A stretch of DNA of 64,000 nucleotides from assembly GCA_050291445.1 (NCBI GenBank), contig JBNKJW010000241.1, forward strand, positions 6,943-70,942, in the 5' to 3' direction. The notes below the pieces were generated by a model. It worked only from the letters and a program-made list of their open reading frames with translations. It was not told where the DNA came from and made no database searches. A program made the translations under genes and the position numbers. Every line of letters begins with the position of its first letter. Positions within the stretch are counted from its first letter, which is position 1. The DNA comes from Bacteroidales bacterium. GTDB taxonomy: Bacteria > Bacteroidota > Bacteroidia > Bacteroidales > NBLH01. Shown here piece by piece: positions 16,329 through 25,218 of this stretch.

Positions 16329-16538
16329 CCCCTGATGGTGCAAAAATCCGAGGCCTTTTTTTATAGTTCTGGTTTAGCTTGCGCAACCTGAACCCAAAAT
16401 ACAGAGAAGTTTACTCGCTTAGCTTCGTGAAATTGCCTTTGGCTAAGTTGCAACTTCGGACAATGCGAAGCATAAAAATTATTACCCTGGCTGAAAATAT
16501 TGGGCTTTTATTTATAAGGATGGTTAGCAAGTAATGTT
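16329..16538. repeat. direct repeat copy A (~208 bp)
   Basis: Manual alignment to 18898-19105 gives ~20 substitutions over ~200 nt (~90% identity), same orientation. Confidence 0.75.
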
Positions 16539-16550
16539 TTATACCACAAA

Positions 16551-16652
16551 ATGCAGGATCAAGATACAAACTTCCCTGATGGTATTCACCCCAACGAAAA
16601 GGCCGAGGATATTAAAAAGTTACTTACAGGCACAATTTATACTATTACATAG
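16551..16652 (+). pseudogene. possible remnant of an SGNH/GDSL hydrolase C-terminus
   Basis: The short ORF MQDQDTNFPDGIHPNEKAEDIKKLLTGTIYTIT contains DGIHPN, which resembles SGNH block V (DxxH). There is no upstream coding continuation of useful length. Confidence 0.25.
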
Positions 16653-16718
16653 GAGATAACCCCATGCATAGAAACAATCAACCTGCAAGAACCATTCTGT
16701 TTGTAAACAAGCTTGCTA

Positions 16719-17927
16719 TCACATTTTTTGATCCAATGACATTCCTTTGTCTATATATGCGAACTCAGGAATTTGCTTATTCAAAAAATCAACAATTCTT
16801 TCTTTGGTGACATGTTGATCAAACAAATCATTAGCTCCTTTTAATATTTTTTGTGGACTAGCCTGACCATTTAGATCGGGTTTAATTACATTTATCATCG
16901 AAAAGCGATTATAAATAATCTCATCATCCTCTGAAAAAAACTCTTCGTATGCTTTTTCCCCGGAAGTATTAGTATCAAATAAATAAACGGGATATTTCTC
17001 TTGCTTTCCCTGTTGGAGTAAAGTGGCCTTTTCCTTGGCTTCTTGCTCGTTTGAACAATAATCAACATCCTTTTCTAAAGCATCAAAAAACGCACCCACA
17101 GTTTTTCGCATCGGAATTAGATCGTTTTCTGCAGATAATTGTGGCACAAATGTTTCACCAGTTTTACCAAGAACACATGCCAAAAGACACAAAGTACCTG
17201 ATTCTACAGGGGTAACGAAGTAACGGTTAATGTCCTTTGGACAAACAATCGGCTGCTTTTTTTCGTACCTGTTAATATAGCTATTTAAAAGACTACCATT
17301 TGAAAAAGCTACATTGGCAAATCTGGCAGTAGTAATTTTAAACTTGTTTTTATAGGAAAAAATAATGTCTTCCATTATTTTTTTTGTTGCCCCCATAATG
17401 CTAACCGGGTTAGTAGCTTTATCTGTTGAAACACAGAAGAAAGATTCCGGAGGATTTTCATCCAATAATTTCAACAACTTATATGCATTGATAAAATTAT
17501 TCTTGAACATCGCCTCAATAGCATATTCATCTTTCTCGCTTCGAACGTGCTTATGAGCAGCAAAATTTGCCACAATATCAAATGGGCCTTCATTTCTCCA
17601 TATCTTTTTAAATATATCACTTGAGAAATCAATTGGATAAGTCTTAATTTCCGGAAGACTTTCGTAATCTGAGCTTCTAACATCACGAACCAACTCTGCA
17701 AGTCCATTTTCGCTAACATCAATAACATAAAGCCGTTTTATCTTAAAATGTAATAATTGCTGTATAAATTGCGACCCAATTGATCCTGCCCCACCAATAA
17801 CCAACACAGACTTATTGTTCACTCTTGAAGCTATTTCAGATTTATGTTTTATCAAATCGTCTTGAAACAGGTTTTCCTTTCTGCCCGTTATTTCTTGTAG
17901 GGCTTTTGTAATTGTGGTTTTATTCAT
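16719..17927 (-). CDS. polysaccharide biosynthesis protein, CapD/WbpM-like nucleotide-sugar dehydratase/epimerase family
   Basis: Rossmann motif VLVIGGAGSIGSQF, then AAHKHV, STDKATNPVSIMGATKK, RFANVAFSNGS and RYFVTPVESG, all characteristic of the Polysacc_synt_2 family. Confidence 0.75.
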   Translation of the reverse strand: MNKTTITKALQEITGRKENLFQDDLIKHKSEIASRVNNKSVLVIGGAGSIGSQFIQQLLHFKIKRLYVIDVSENGLAELVRDVRSSDYESLPEIKTYPIDFSSDIFKKIWRNEGPFDIVANFAAHKHVRSEKDEYAIEAMFKNNFINAYKLLKLLDENPPESFFCVSTDKATNPVSIMGATKKIMEDIIFSYKNKFKITTARFANVAFSNGSLLNSYINRYEKKQPIVCPKDINRYFVTPVESGTLCLLACVLGKTGETFVPQLSAENDLIPMRKTVGAFFDALEKDVDYCSNEQEAKEKATLLQQGKQEKYPVYLFDTNTSGEKAYEEFFSEDDEIIYNRFSMINVIKPDLNGQASPQKILKGANDLFDQHVTKERIVDFLNKQIPEFAYIDKGMSLDQKM

Positions 17928-18562
17928 AAAAATTGTGGTTTTATTTATTTTTTTTAAATATCCAAGAGGGTCAAATTGATTTATGAAAAGCGGGGCAAAC
18001 TTAATAAAAGTAGCTTCCTATGGCAAGTTATCTATGTTTTTCTTATGTTTCTTTTTACCAATCACTTATTTCAATTGATGTATAAAAAGATATTGGTGAT
18101 AAGCAAATACTTCATAACCAGCCCATAAATTAACTCAGAATTTCCAATATTATTATTCGGATTATTCATTTTTATGATTAAAAAAGAGGTGTAATGTTGT
18201 TTCGTCAAGAATTCAACTTATTCATGAATAGAACCATAATTCTGTGATTCTCATTCTCAATAAATATAGCTAAACAAGCGTTTTCAGTTGAATTTATTAT
18301 CTCACTTATTGTTAAAAAATAGAACATTTAACTATTCCTTAAAAAAAGCTATAAGAAATATTGATTTTCCATAGAAAGTTACTTGATAACTTGGCAGTTC
18401 TATTTCATTTATTACAATTGATACTTTTATACTAAGCCAGCTTGGAATATTGTAAAATAGAATTTCATGATGGCTTTGTATAATTGTAATGCTTGATGGC
18501 GAAGACATGATGGGGCTACAATAATTCATTGTACTGACACAAAAGGATATACAGCCAAATAT

Positions 18563-18788
18563 ACACTAGCGTCATGTCAAAGCTAATGTTTCTGGTGACA
18601 ACACCTGGCAAGTGCACCAGGAGCTGTATCAAAACTAACTTTTGGTCGCTGTACTTCGGCAAGCTCAGCAACCAAGCCTATCGAAGTGCTCAATGACCCT
18701 CACTTTTAAGACTTTTACCTACGGTGAGGGCTTCGCCGTTGATACAGCCCCTAATTACCAGAAATATCAAATTTGACTTAACACTAGT
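18563..18788. mobile_element. MITE-like / long-hairpin palindromic element (~225 bp, non-coding)
   Basis: Imperfect terminal inverted repeats: actagcgtcatgtcaaagctaatgtttctggtga (left) against the reverse complement of the right end, actagtgttaagtcaaatttgatatttctggtaa (~26/34 matching). Inner complementary blocks gagctgtatcaa / ttgatacagc. Central hairpin ccctcac...gtgaggg (18697-18730). Confidence 0.5.
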
Positions 18789-18858
18789 AACTAAATGGTC
18801 TTTTGGTTAGCAGTTATTAGCAATTTAAGTTAGTAATATTGGTGATATTAATTCTAAC

Positions 18859-18898
18859 ACATTTGGTGCATGTGTAATACTTCTTCATCAAATACTTC
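18859..18898. other. 40-nt fragment matching rpoA coding sequence (38/40 identity to 29623-29662)
   Basis: acatttggTgcatgtgtaatacttcttcatcaaatActtc versus acatttggCgcatgtgtaatacttcttcatcaaatTcttc, same orientation on the + strand. This is antisense to the rpoA mRNA region encoding [13 protein letters not shown]. Confidence 0.8.
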
Positions 18899-19105
18899 CC
18901 CTGATAGTGCAAGAATGCTAGGCCTTTTCTTATGGTTCAGGTTTAGCTTGCACAACCTGGATCTAAAATACAGAGAAGGTTAGTCGCTTCGCTGCGTGAA
19001 ATTGCCTTTGGCTAAGTTGCAACTTCGAACAATGCAAAGCATAAAAATTATTACCCTGGCTGAAAACGTTGGGCTTTTATTTATAAGGATGGTGAGCAAA
19101 ATGTT
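18898..19105. repeat. direct repeat copy B (~208 bp)
   Basis: See copy A. Lies ~105 nt downstream of the 3' end of tRNA-Ser. Confidence 0.75.
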
Positions 19106-19209
19106 CATTTTTAATATGGAGCACATGCGAAACATTTTGCCGAAAAATAATGCACCCCCCTGAAAACAAAAAAGTTGAAAAAATGTTTCCATTTCTTCAA
19201 CCATTTCTG

Positions 19210-19298
19210 CGGAGAGGGGGGGATTCGAACCCCCGGTGCAAGTTTCCCCACACGCCGGTTTAGCAAACCGGTGGATTAAGCCACTCTCCCACCTCTCC
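19210..19298 (-). tRNA. tRNA-Ser (anticodon GCU)
   Basis: The reverse complement reads GGAGAGG-TG-...-CCGGT TTGCTAA ACCGG-long variable arm-GGGGG TTCGAAT CCCCC-CCTCTCC-G. It has a 7-bp acceptor stem, a GCT anticodon in a 7-nt loop, a class II long variable arm and a GTTCGAATC T-loop. Length 89 nt, no encoded CCA. Confidence 0.9.
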
Positions 19299-19684
19299 AA
19301 TAAAGCGTTGCAAAAGTAAAAAAATAGATTTCTATTACCAAAATTTTCGACAAAAAAACTCCAATGTTTTTTAAAGTAGTTGTCCATAAAAAAAAGCATA
19401 CGCTCCCTTGCTAATAATATCAATAAATAAAAAACATTTATTCACAATCTTTCTGAATAGCAAATTTATTATCCATCCCCGCACAAGAAGCTCAAAGCAT
19501 TGAAAATCAACACAGAAACACCCCACCACGAAATACTATTTTAATTCTCTAATAAGAAAAGTTTTTGCATAATATTTTATATCCAATTTTTTTTTAACTA
19601 AATTTAAACACGTTTTTAAAAAACCTAAATAAAATAACCAATTAAGTCTTGTAGTTTTAGGCTTTACAAATCAATTAACCTGAA

Positions 19685-20539
19685 ATGCGCCAACTAAAAA
19701 TAACTAAACAAGTTACAAATCGTGAAGCAGCTTCGCTGGACAAGTACCTCCAGGAAATTGGCAAAATAGAATTACTTACTGCTGATGAGGAGGTTGAACT
19801 TGCTCGCAGGATTAAGCAAAACGACTATCATGCCTTAAATAAGTTAATTAGGGCCAATCTTCGATTTGTCGTCTCGGTATCTAAACAATATCAAAACCAA
19901 GGACTTACGTTGCCCGATTTAATCAACGAAGGCAATATTGGACTAATTAAAGCTGCCAAGAGATTTGATGAAACCAAGGGATTCAAATTTATTTCTTACG
20001 CAGTATGGTGGATAAGGCAATCTATCTTGCAAGCATTAGCCGAGCAGGCAAGAATTGTCCGGCTTCCGTTAAATAAAATTGGGTCAATTAACAAAATAAA
20101 CCAGGTTTTTGCTAAACTTGAGCAAGAATTTGAAAGAGCCCCCACACCTGAAGAAATTGCCAGGGAACTTGATATAGAAGCTGCTGACATTAAGCAAATT
20201 ATCAACAATACCGGGCACCACGTTTCAATGGATGCGCCAATTAGTCAGGAGGAAGACAACAACCTGTACGACATAATGTTAAGCAAGGACAGCATTACTC
20301 CCGAAAGCGACCTTCTTAGAGAATCGCTTAACAAAGAAGTTGAACGCATTTTATCCACTTTAACCAATCGCGAAGCAGAAATCATCCGGCTTTATTATGG
20401 TTTAAACGGACGTAATGCGCTTACATTGGAAGAAATTGGTGAAAAGTTTGACTTAACAAGGGAAAGAGTACGCCAAATAAAAGGAAAAGTTATAAAAGTA
20501 TTAAAATCAAGGAGCAAAATACTCCGCTCATATCTTTGA
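19685..20539 (+). CDS. rpoD: primary-type sigma-70 factor (Bacteroidota short RpoD/SigA)
   Basis: Regions 1.2-4 are present: [33 protein letters not shown], and region 4 [20 protein letters not shown]. Confidence 0.9.
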   Translation: MRQLKITKQVTNREAASLDKYLQEIGKIELLTADEEVELARRIKQNDYHALNKLIRANLRFVVSVSKQYQNQGLTLPDLINEGNIGLIKAAKRFDETKGFKFISYAVWWIRQSILQALAEQARIVRLPLNKIGSINKINQVFAKLEQEFERAPTPEEIARELDIEAADIKQIINNTGHHVSMDAPISQEEDNNLYDIMLSKDSITPESDLLRESLNKEVERILSTLTNREAEIIRLYYGLNGRNALTLEEIGEKFDLTRERVRQIKGKVIKVLKSRSKILRSYL

Positions 20540-20770
20540 TCTAGTGTTCACTAAAATTGGTTTATCAATGTTTTCATTTTTTTGAAGTCCGATTTTACTT
20601 CTGTAAATGAGTAATTTAAAAACCCAGGCAACTCATAGAAATCGTTCTTTTACCAGGCTTCCATCAAAAGAATTTGAAAATACGCTGAAATATTTGTATA
20701 TTCAGGAGCTTTTATTAAAAATAGTAGAAACACAAAATTTATTTTTGGCATAAAATTAAATGAATTAAAC

Positions 20771-21883
20771 ATGGGATTATTTGACAAGCTTAAAGGCGAA
20801 TTAATAGACATTATAGAATGGCTGGATTCGACAGACGACACAATGGTCTACCGTTTTGAACGGAGAGGCAACGAAATAAAAAATGGGGCACAACTTACTG
20901 TACGAGAATCGCAAGTAGCGGTTTTCATTAACGAAGGTGAATTGGCTGATGTTTTTCCTCCGGGAAGGTATCAATTGACTACCCAAAACCTACCTATTCT
21001 TTCTACTTTAAAAGGATGGAAACATGGTTTTAACAGCCCTTTTAAAGCTGAGGTTTATTTCTTAAATACCAAAAGGTTCACCAATCAAAAATGGGGAACA
21101 CCAAATGTATTCTATATCCGCGATGCAGATTTTGGCAGCGTAAGCCTGAGAGCTTTCGGTACGTATACAATGAAAATTACCGATCCTGTAAAATTCATTA
21201 AAGAAGTAGCAGGAACATCAGGTGAGTTTACTACAGATGAAATTAAAGATGAAATGCGTAGCATGATAATAACGCGTTTTATTGATGCAATTGGTGAAAG
21301 CAAACTGGCTTTATTAGATTTTGCACAAAATTACAAGGACTTGTCTGAATTTTGCCAGGAAAAACTAGGAGAAGAATTCCAGGAATATGGTCTTGAAATT
21401 ACAAAATTCCTGATTTCAAGTATTAGTCTGCCTGATGAACTTCAGAAAAGACTTGATGAAGGAACAGGCATGAATATGCTGGGAGATATGAACAAATACT
21501 CTCAAATGAAAGGAGCTGATGCAATGAGTAATGCCGCTAACAACACTGGTGGAAGTGGCGGAGGCATGGAAAACATGATGGGTATGGCCATGATGCAGCA
21601 AATGATGAACCAGCAACAGCAACAACAAAACCAGCAGAACCAGCAGGGGAATAATCCACCGCCTCCACCACCAGGTTCACAATATCATGTATCTGTCAAT
21701 GGACAGCAAAGTGGTCCATTTGATTTGAATTCATTAAAACAATTGATCGCTCAAAACCAAATTACAAAAGAAACTTACGTTTGGAAAGAAGGAATGCCTA
21801 GCTGGCTGGCAGCAAGCCAGGTGCCTGAAGTGGCTGCGCTGTTTGGTGCAACACCACCTCCACCACCTCCACCACCAGCATAA
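20771..21883 (+). CDS. SPFH (band-7-like) domain protein with poly-Q/poly-P linker and C-terminal GYF_2-like domain
   Basis: The N-terminus MGLFDKLKGELIDIIEW...VYRFERRGNEIKNGAQLTVRESQVAVF is typical of YdjI/COG4260-type SPFH proteins. C-terminal YHVSVNGQQSGPFDLNSLKQLI...VWKEGMPSWLAASQVPE is GYF_2-like. Ends PPPPPPPPPA. Confidence 0.7.
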   Translation: MGLFDKLKGELIDIIEWLDSTDDTMVYRFERRGNEIKNGAQLTVRESQVAVFINEGELADVFPPGRYQLTTQNLPILSTLKGWKHGFNSPFKAEVYFLNTKRFTNQKWGTPNVFYIRDADFGSVSLRAFGTYTMKITDPVKFIKEVAGTSGEFTTDEIKDEMRSMIITRFIDAIGESKLALLDFAQNYKDLSEFCQEKLGEEFQEYGLEITKFLISSISLPDELQKRLDEGTGMNMLGDMNKYSQMKGADAMSNAANNTGGSGGGMENMMGMAMMQQMMNQQQQQQNQQNQQGNNPPPPPPGSQYHVSVNGQQSGPFDLNSLKQLIAQNQITKETYVWKEGMPSWLAASQVPEVAALFGATPPPPPPPPA

Positions 21884-21906
21884 GCATTTTCCAATTATAA
21901 AAACAA

Positions 21907-21945
21907 TAGAGATTATATCATTTTGGTATAATCTCTAACTTTTTG
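21907..21945 (+). terminator. intrinsic terminator
   Basis: tagagattata-tcattttgg-tataatctcta gives an 11-bp perfect stem, followed by acTTTTTg. Confidence 0.65.
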
Positions 21946-22029
21946 TAATTAGTACACCTGAAATCAAATACATGATATTTTCATGATTTATAAAAGCCCA
22001 AAAAAGTTCAATCAAATCAAATTAAAATA

Positions 22030-23145
22030 ATGGAAGAAAACCCAACAACTAGTTCAAACCAGGAAGAAATTGCATGCAGTAATTGTGGGGCTAAGCTCAC
22101 TTTTGCACCCGGAACAGATAGCCTTAAATGCGAGTTTTGTGGAACCTTAAACGAAATAGCCATTGATGAGAAACTTAGAGAAGAAGCTCACCAAGAGATT
22201 GATTTCCACGCCTTTATAAACCAACAATCGGATACAGCCCCAAAAGTTGAAGTGCTTGTGTTAAAATGCGATGGATGTGGGGCACAAACCACCTTTGATC
22301 CTAATGTAATGTCTGGGAGTTGCGATTTTTGTGGAAGCCCGCTAGCATCAAAAGAAGGCCATAAGACCAGTTTAATTGAACCTAAAGGAATGCTCCCTTT
22401 TAAAATTAAAGATAAAGAAGGTGTTGATTTATACAAAACATGGCTTAGGAAGCTTTGGTGGGCACCAAACAAGTTAAAATCCTATGCCAGGCAAACTGAA
22501 AAACTAGCGGGCATTTACATCCCTTATTGGACGTTTGATTCAAGTACCACAACCAGGTACACAGGTGAAAGAGGCGACAACTACCAGGAAACAGAGCGTT
22601 ATACAGAGAATGGGGAAGATAAAACAAGGACAGTTACCAAAACCAGGTGGCGAAGTGCCAGAGGAACTGTTTACAGAAACTTTGATGACGTATTGGTACC
22701 CGCAAGTCACACACTGCCAGTGAAATATGTAGACAGGTTAGAACCATGGGATTTAAACAACCTGGTACCTTACGACACCAAATACCTTAGCGGCTTTAAA
22801 TCAGAAAGTTACCAACAAAGTTTAGAAGATGGTTTTTCCACTGCACAGGGTAAAATGAAAAATGTAATCAGGGAGGATGTTCGTAGGGATATTGGTGGCG
22901 ACCACCAAAAAATCCACTCCATGAATGTTAACTTTGATGATGTTACCTTTAAACACATCCTACTTCCTATCTGGATTAGCGCCTACCGATACAACGAAAA
23001 AGTTTATCGTTTTATGATAAATGGAAGGACTGGCGAAGTGCAAGGTGAAAGACCTTATAGCTGGATTAAGATTACTCTGGCAGCACTACTTGTTATTGCA
23101 ATTGCTGTAACAGCTTACTATCTGTATGATAAATATGGAGGATAA
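22030..23145 (+). CDS. double zinc-ribbon protein with C-terminal transmembrane anchor
   Basis: Two CxxC...CxxC ribbons (CSNCGAKL..CEFCG and CDGCGAQT..CDFCG) and a terminal TM helix ITLAALLVIAIAVTAYYL. Adjacent to the SPFH gene. Confidence 0.6.
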   Translation: MEENPTTSSNQEEIACSNCGAKLTFAPGTDSLKCEFCGTLNEIAIDEKLREEAHQEIDFHAFINQQSDTAPKVEVLVLKCDGCGAQTTFDPNVMSGSCDFCGSPLASKEGHKTSLIEPKGMLPFKIKDKEGVDLYKTWLRKLWWAPNKLKSYARQTEKLAGIYIPYWTFDSSTTTRYTGERGDNYQETERYTENGEDKTRTVTKTRWRSARGTVYRNFDDVLVPASHTLPVKYVDRLEPWDLNNLVPYDTKYLSGFKSESYQQSLEDGFSTAQGKMKNVIREDVRRDIGGDHQKIHSMNVNFDDVTFKHILLPIWISAYRYNEKVYRFMINGRTGEVQGERPYSWIKITLAALLVIAIAVTAYYLYDKYGG

Positions 23146-23162
23146 ATAGTTTGAAAAGATTC

Positions 23163-23220
23163 ATGAGATTGAAGAGATTGAGTAAAGGCAGAACATGCAT
23201 CAATCTTCATTCAATCTCAT
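23163..23220. terminator. long hairpin between convergent genes (possible bidirectional terminator)
   Basis: atgagattgaagagattga (23163-23181) pairs with tcaatctt-ca-ttcaatctcat (23200-23220). Lies between the zinc-ribbon gene (+) and pgi (-). Confidence 0.45.
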
Positions 23221-23242
23221 TTCAATCTAAAAAATATCTTTT

Positions 23243-24589
23243 TTATGAGATCCTTTTCTTGATTTCTGCAGTTGCTTCTTCAAAACCAGGTTTCCCAAGC
23301 AAGGCAAACATATTCTTTTTATAAGCTTCCACTCCTGGCTGATCAAATGGGTTCACATCCAACATGTAACCACTTATACCACAAGCCTTTTCAAAGAAAT
23401 AAATCAACTGTCCCAGGGAGAATTCATCAATTTTCCCTAATTCTATCCTGATATTAGGTACCCCACCGTCAATATGCGCCAGCTTTGTTCCTAACTCTGC
23501 CATTTTGTTCACATCATCAACGTTTTTACCAGCAAGGTAATTAAGGCTATCAAGATTATCATCATCAGAAGGCACCAATACTTTATGATTTGTAGTTTTT
23601 ACTGACAAAACTGTTTCAAAGATATTTCGTAAACCTTCCTGAATATATTGCCCCATGGAGTGAAGGTCTGATGTAAAATCAACGCTTGCAGGAAAAATAC
23701 CCTTATTTTCTTTGCCTTCGCTTTCGCCATATAATTGCTTCCACCACTCTGCAACAAAATGCAGTTTAGGATTGTAATTCACCATAATTTCGGTGGTTAT
23801 ATTTTTACTGTACAAGGCATTTCTAGCAGCTGCATATTTAGCGGCAAGGTTTTCTTCAACTGCTACCTCCGGCTTGGTATCTGAAGCCATCTCTTTTGCA
23901 CCTTCAACCAGCTGAATGACATCAAACCCAGCTACAGCTATAGGCAACAAACCTACGGGTGTCAACACCGAAAAACGCCCGCCAACATCATCCGGAATTA
24001 CAAAGGTCTTATATCCTTCTGTATCTGCTAATTCCCTTAAAGCACCCCTTGATTTGTCAGTTACAGCAACAATCCTCTTAGCCGATTCTTTTTTCCCAAA
24101 TTTATTTTCCAAATCACTTTTTAACAACCTAAAAGCCAACGCAGGCTCAGTGGTGGTTCCTGATTTCGAAATAACAATTATGGCCCAGTTTTTATTTAAA
24201 AGATAGTTTTGCAACTCAAAAAGATAATCTTCGCTGATGTTTTGCCCTGCATAAACAACCTGAGTGCCTTCTTCAGATGGAGAATGAGCCCCAAAACTGT
24301 TCGACAAAGCATCAATAACCGCTTTTGCTCCAAGGTATGACCCTCCAATCCCAACAACTACAACAACATCGGCCAGTTGCCTTAGCTGATTAGCTGTTTC
24401 GTTTATCTCAGCCAGTTGTTCACCGGTAATTTCGTTTGGCAAATTAACCCAACCCAAAAAATCATTTCCTCTGCCTGTTTTTTCATGCAAAGATTGATTG
24501 CATTGAGGTGCCAATGCCATAAATTTGTCAATATCAGCCTGATTAACAAAGCTTGCTAATCCATCTAGTTCTAATTTTAATTTTCCCAT
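23243..24589 (-). CDS. pgi: glucose-6-phosphate isomerase
   Basis: 448-aa short-type PGI with [24 protein letters not shown] and the conserved C-terminal DQPGVEAYK. Confidence 0.9.
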   Translation of the reverse strand: MGKLKLELDGLASFVNQADIDKFMALAPQCNQSLHEKTGRGNDFLGWVNLPNEITGEQLAEINETANQLRQLADVVVVVGIGGSYLGAKAVIDALSNSFGAHSPSEEGTQVVYAGQNISEDYLFELQNYLLNKNWAIIVISKSGTTTEPALAFRLLKSDLENKFGKKESAKRIVAVTDKSRGALRELADTEGYKTFVIPDDVGGRFSVLTPVGLLPIAVAGFDVIQLVEGAKEMASDTKPEVAVEENLAAKYAAARNALYSKNITTEIMVNYNPKLHFVAEWWKQLYGESEGKENKGIFPASVDFTSDLHSMGQYIQEGLRNIFETVLSVKTTNHKVLVPSDDDNLDSLNYLAGKNVDDVNKMAELGTKLAHIDGGVPNIRIELGKIDEFSLGQLIYFFEKACGISGYMLDVNPFDQPGVEAYKKNMFALLGKPGFEEATAEIKKRIS

Positions 24590-25218
24590 TCTCCAAAATT
24601 TATAAAATAATGTGCAAAGATAAGGCTATCTTAGAAAAATGGTAACAAAAATTAGAAAAATTAACCCTTTAGTAAAATGGCAGGCAAAAGAAAAGGTGGC
24701 CAAAAAATCAGCCACCTGTATGAATTAAATCATTAAAACCATTAGCAACGCATCAAAAAATCAACCTTTAAAACTTATCAACCATTAAATACTACTCAAA
24801 AGGTATATTTGCTGCAATGGAATATCAAACTGCAATGAAAAATAAACTAATCTATTCCCCCATTCAAAATACTAACTAAAAATCACTAAATCCTTACAAC
24901 AATTTTGATGAGTCGTTAACTATTAATTAGACGTTTGACTTGAGTTTTTCGTTGCGTTAAAACAAAAATAATTAACGTTTTTTAACAATCCGATCTTCAG
25001 ATAAATAATGGAAGGGGCAACCAACATTATTAGAAAAATTAAAATCCCAAAAACACGCAGCTAACTGAAACACATAAACAAATAAAAATAAGGCTAATAC
25101 CGAATGGTTATCATGTAACGGAAATTAAAATTCCCTAACATGCTAATTTTTCGGCATTATTCCCTTTGGTCATGAGAACGTTCACTTCGTTCTCTAAGTT
25201 ATACTAAAGCCTTTTTAA

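Noticed and set aside
3944-18702. Shared 11-mer GCTCA(A/G)TGACC (inverted) between the hsdM insertion and the MITE-like element core, suggesting one repeat family
   Set aside because: By rough estimate, an 11-mer with one mismatch is expected about once by chance in 64 kb on two strands. It is suggestive but not evidence, and it needs genome-wide repeat clustering.
18980-19423. 147-aa minus-strand ORF in the ORF track
   Set aside because: It runs straight through tRNA-Ser(GCU) (19210-19298) and direct-repeat copy B, and its sequence is low-complexity. It is almost certainly a spurious ORF.
21590-21670. CAG/CAA/CCA-rich stretch considered as a microsatellite or non-coding repeat
   Set aside because: It is in frame within the SPFH-GYF gene (poly-Q/poly-P linker) and is not a perfect tandem repeat. 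I noted it only as potentially length-variable.
24590-25218. 630-bp ORF-free gap between pgi and the MATE gene with hairpins (ggtggc-N10-gccacc at 24697-24718; cgttaa-N11-ttaacg+T6 at 24955-24983; gagaacg-N7-cgttctc at 25172-25192), considered as an sRNA locus
   Set aside because: The stems are short and mostly AT-rich. There is no recognisable promoter box or known RNA family signature. The last hairpin is adequately explained as the MATE gene terminator.
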